Below the pieces are notes generated by a model. The model saw nothing but the letters and a program-made list of their open reading frames with translations, made no database searches and was not told the origin of the DNA. Shown piece by piece: positions 63,176-64,000 of a stretch of DNA of 64,000 nt (its first letter is position 1; every line of letters begins with the position of its first letter). Location of the stretch: the NCBI GenBank assembly GCA_041748855.1, contig JBGTCK010000038.1, positions 14,514-78,513 on the forward strand, read 5' to 3'. The translations under genes and the position numbers were made by a program. This DNA comes from Acidimicrobiia bacterium. GTDB lineage: Bacteria; Actinomycetota; Acidimicrobiia; Spongiisociales; ZC4RG35.

Positions 63176-64000
63176 ATGGATCCTGACAACGGATCGTCTG
63201 CGAACACCGAGATCTACAACGCGGTGGCACGACTCGAATCCCCTTTGCTGGTGGGACGGACCCTGGGTGAGCTGGGTCTGCTGCGATCGGTGGAAAAGAC
63301 CCTGACCGGCAAGATCAAGGTCGGGCTGCGCATGCCTACACCCGACCACGGCCTCGATGCAGCCCTGGCCGAGGCGCTGCGACCGCACGGCCGGGGCGCC
63401 GACATCGATGTCGAGATCATGTCCGACGATGACGCCGCTGAGCTCATGGGACGTCTCACCAACAACAGCGGACCGGGAATCGGCGAGCCGGGCTCGGCGA
63501 CCCGTGTCATCGCCATCTCGTCGGGCAAAGGTGGCGTGGGCAAGTCTTCGGTGAGCTCCAACCTCGCCGTCGCCCTCCGTCGGACCGGCAAGAAGGTGGG
63601 AATTGTCGACGGCGACATCTGGGGATTCTCCATACCCAGGATGCTCGGTGTCGCCGAGCCACCCCTGATGATGGGCGAGAAGATCGTCCCCCCGGTCGCC
63701 CACGGAGTGAAGGTGATGTCCATGGACTACTTCGTCGGCGACGACAAGGCGGTTATCTGGCGGGGACCGATGCTGCACAAGGCCATAGAGCAGTTTCTCA
63801 AAGACGTTTTCTGGGACAACCCCGATTTCCTGATTGTTGACATGCCTCCGGGAACCGGGGACATCGCCATCTCGATGTCTCAGTTCCTGCCGAGGGCACA
63901 GGTGATCATCGTCACCACACCGCAGCCGACCGCACAACGGGTGGCGCGCCGCGCTGCGCTGATGGCCGAGGAGGTCGATCAGCAGGTGATCGGTGTTGTC
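63176..64000 (+). CDS. mrp: Mrp/NBP35/ApbC-family Fe-S cluster carrier ATPase (3' end beyond the window)
   Basis: Open frame from the ATG at 63176 to the window end (not in the ORF track). There is an N-terminal DUF59-like segment, then IAISSGKGGVGKSSVSSNLA (deviant Walker A) and DMPPGTGD. Confidence 0.85.
   Translation, partial: MDPDNGSSANTEIYNAVARLESPLLVGRTLGELGLLRSVEKTLTGKIKVGLRMPTPDHGLDAALAEALRPHGRGADIDVEIMSDDDAAELMGRLTNNSGPGIGEPGSATRVIAISSGKGGVGKSSVSSNLAVALRRTGKKVGIVDGDIWGFSIPRMLGVAEPPLMMGEKIVPPVAHGVKVMSMDYFVGDDKAVIWRGPMLHKAIEQFLKDVFWDNPDFLIVDMPPGTGDIAISMSQFLPRAQVIIVTTPQPTAQRVARRAALMAEEVDQQVIGVV

Noticed and set aside
1-64000. Genomic island, prophage, integrase, IS element or defence system (restriction-modification, Abi, CBASS, retron and the like).
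   Set aside because: No recombinase, transposase, phage structural, methylase/endonuclease, reverse-transcriptase or STAND/ATPase-nuclease-type ORF was recognisable. Apart from VapBC, the gene content is housekeeping with uniform high GC.

Overview
This is a high-GC, actinobacterial-type chromosomal window. Gene content and the Thr-rich lipoprotein linkers suggest an Acidimicrobiia-like member of Actinomycetota, but that is inference only. The window is almost fully coding, with about 70 genes, most of them core functions:
- H+-pyrophosphatase, gltX with tRNA-Glu, ilvE, rpiB, murA, ppdK, ino1, sufB, rlmN and acnA
- a menA/menB/menE cluster
- an MprAB/PepD-like two-component system with an HtrA protease
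- a cobalamin-riboswitch-controlled BtuFCD-like importer with cobO
- two tandem HD-GYP-type membrane proteins
- one VapBC pair

I saw no transposase, integrase, CRISPR array, prophage or recognisable defence island.

The most unusual signal is non-coding. Four copies of a 220-300 bp mosaic, hairpin-rich repeat sit immediately 3' of stop codons, two in each orientation. Compensatory base changes preserve the hairpins between copies, and I cannot assign the repeat to any named RNA or mobile-element family.

Other points worth a second look:
- a decayed DrrAB-like ABC exporter
- a gamma-glutamyltransferase homolog that seems to need a CTG start overlapping the upstream stop
- a perfect 13-bp inverted repeat abutting the menE start
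- operator-like palindromes in three intergenic regions
- a translationally coupled RNase HI / tandem-phosphatase operon
- a SufR-like Cys-rich regulator between acnA and mrp

Coordinates taken from the ORF track are exact. Coordinates I counted in the raw text (repeats, tRNA, motifs, edge-truncated genes) may be off by 1-2 nt. All family names come from motif recognition by eye and memory, not from database searches.
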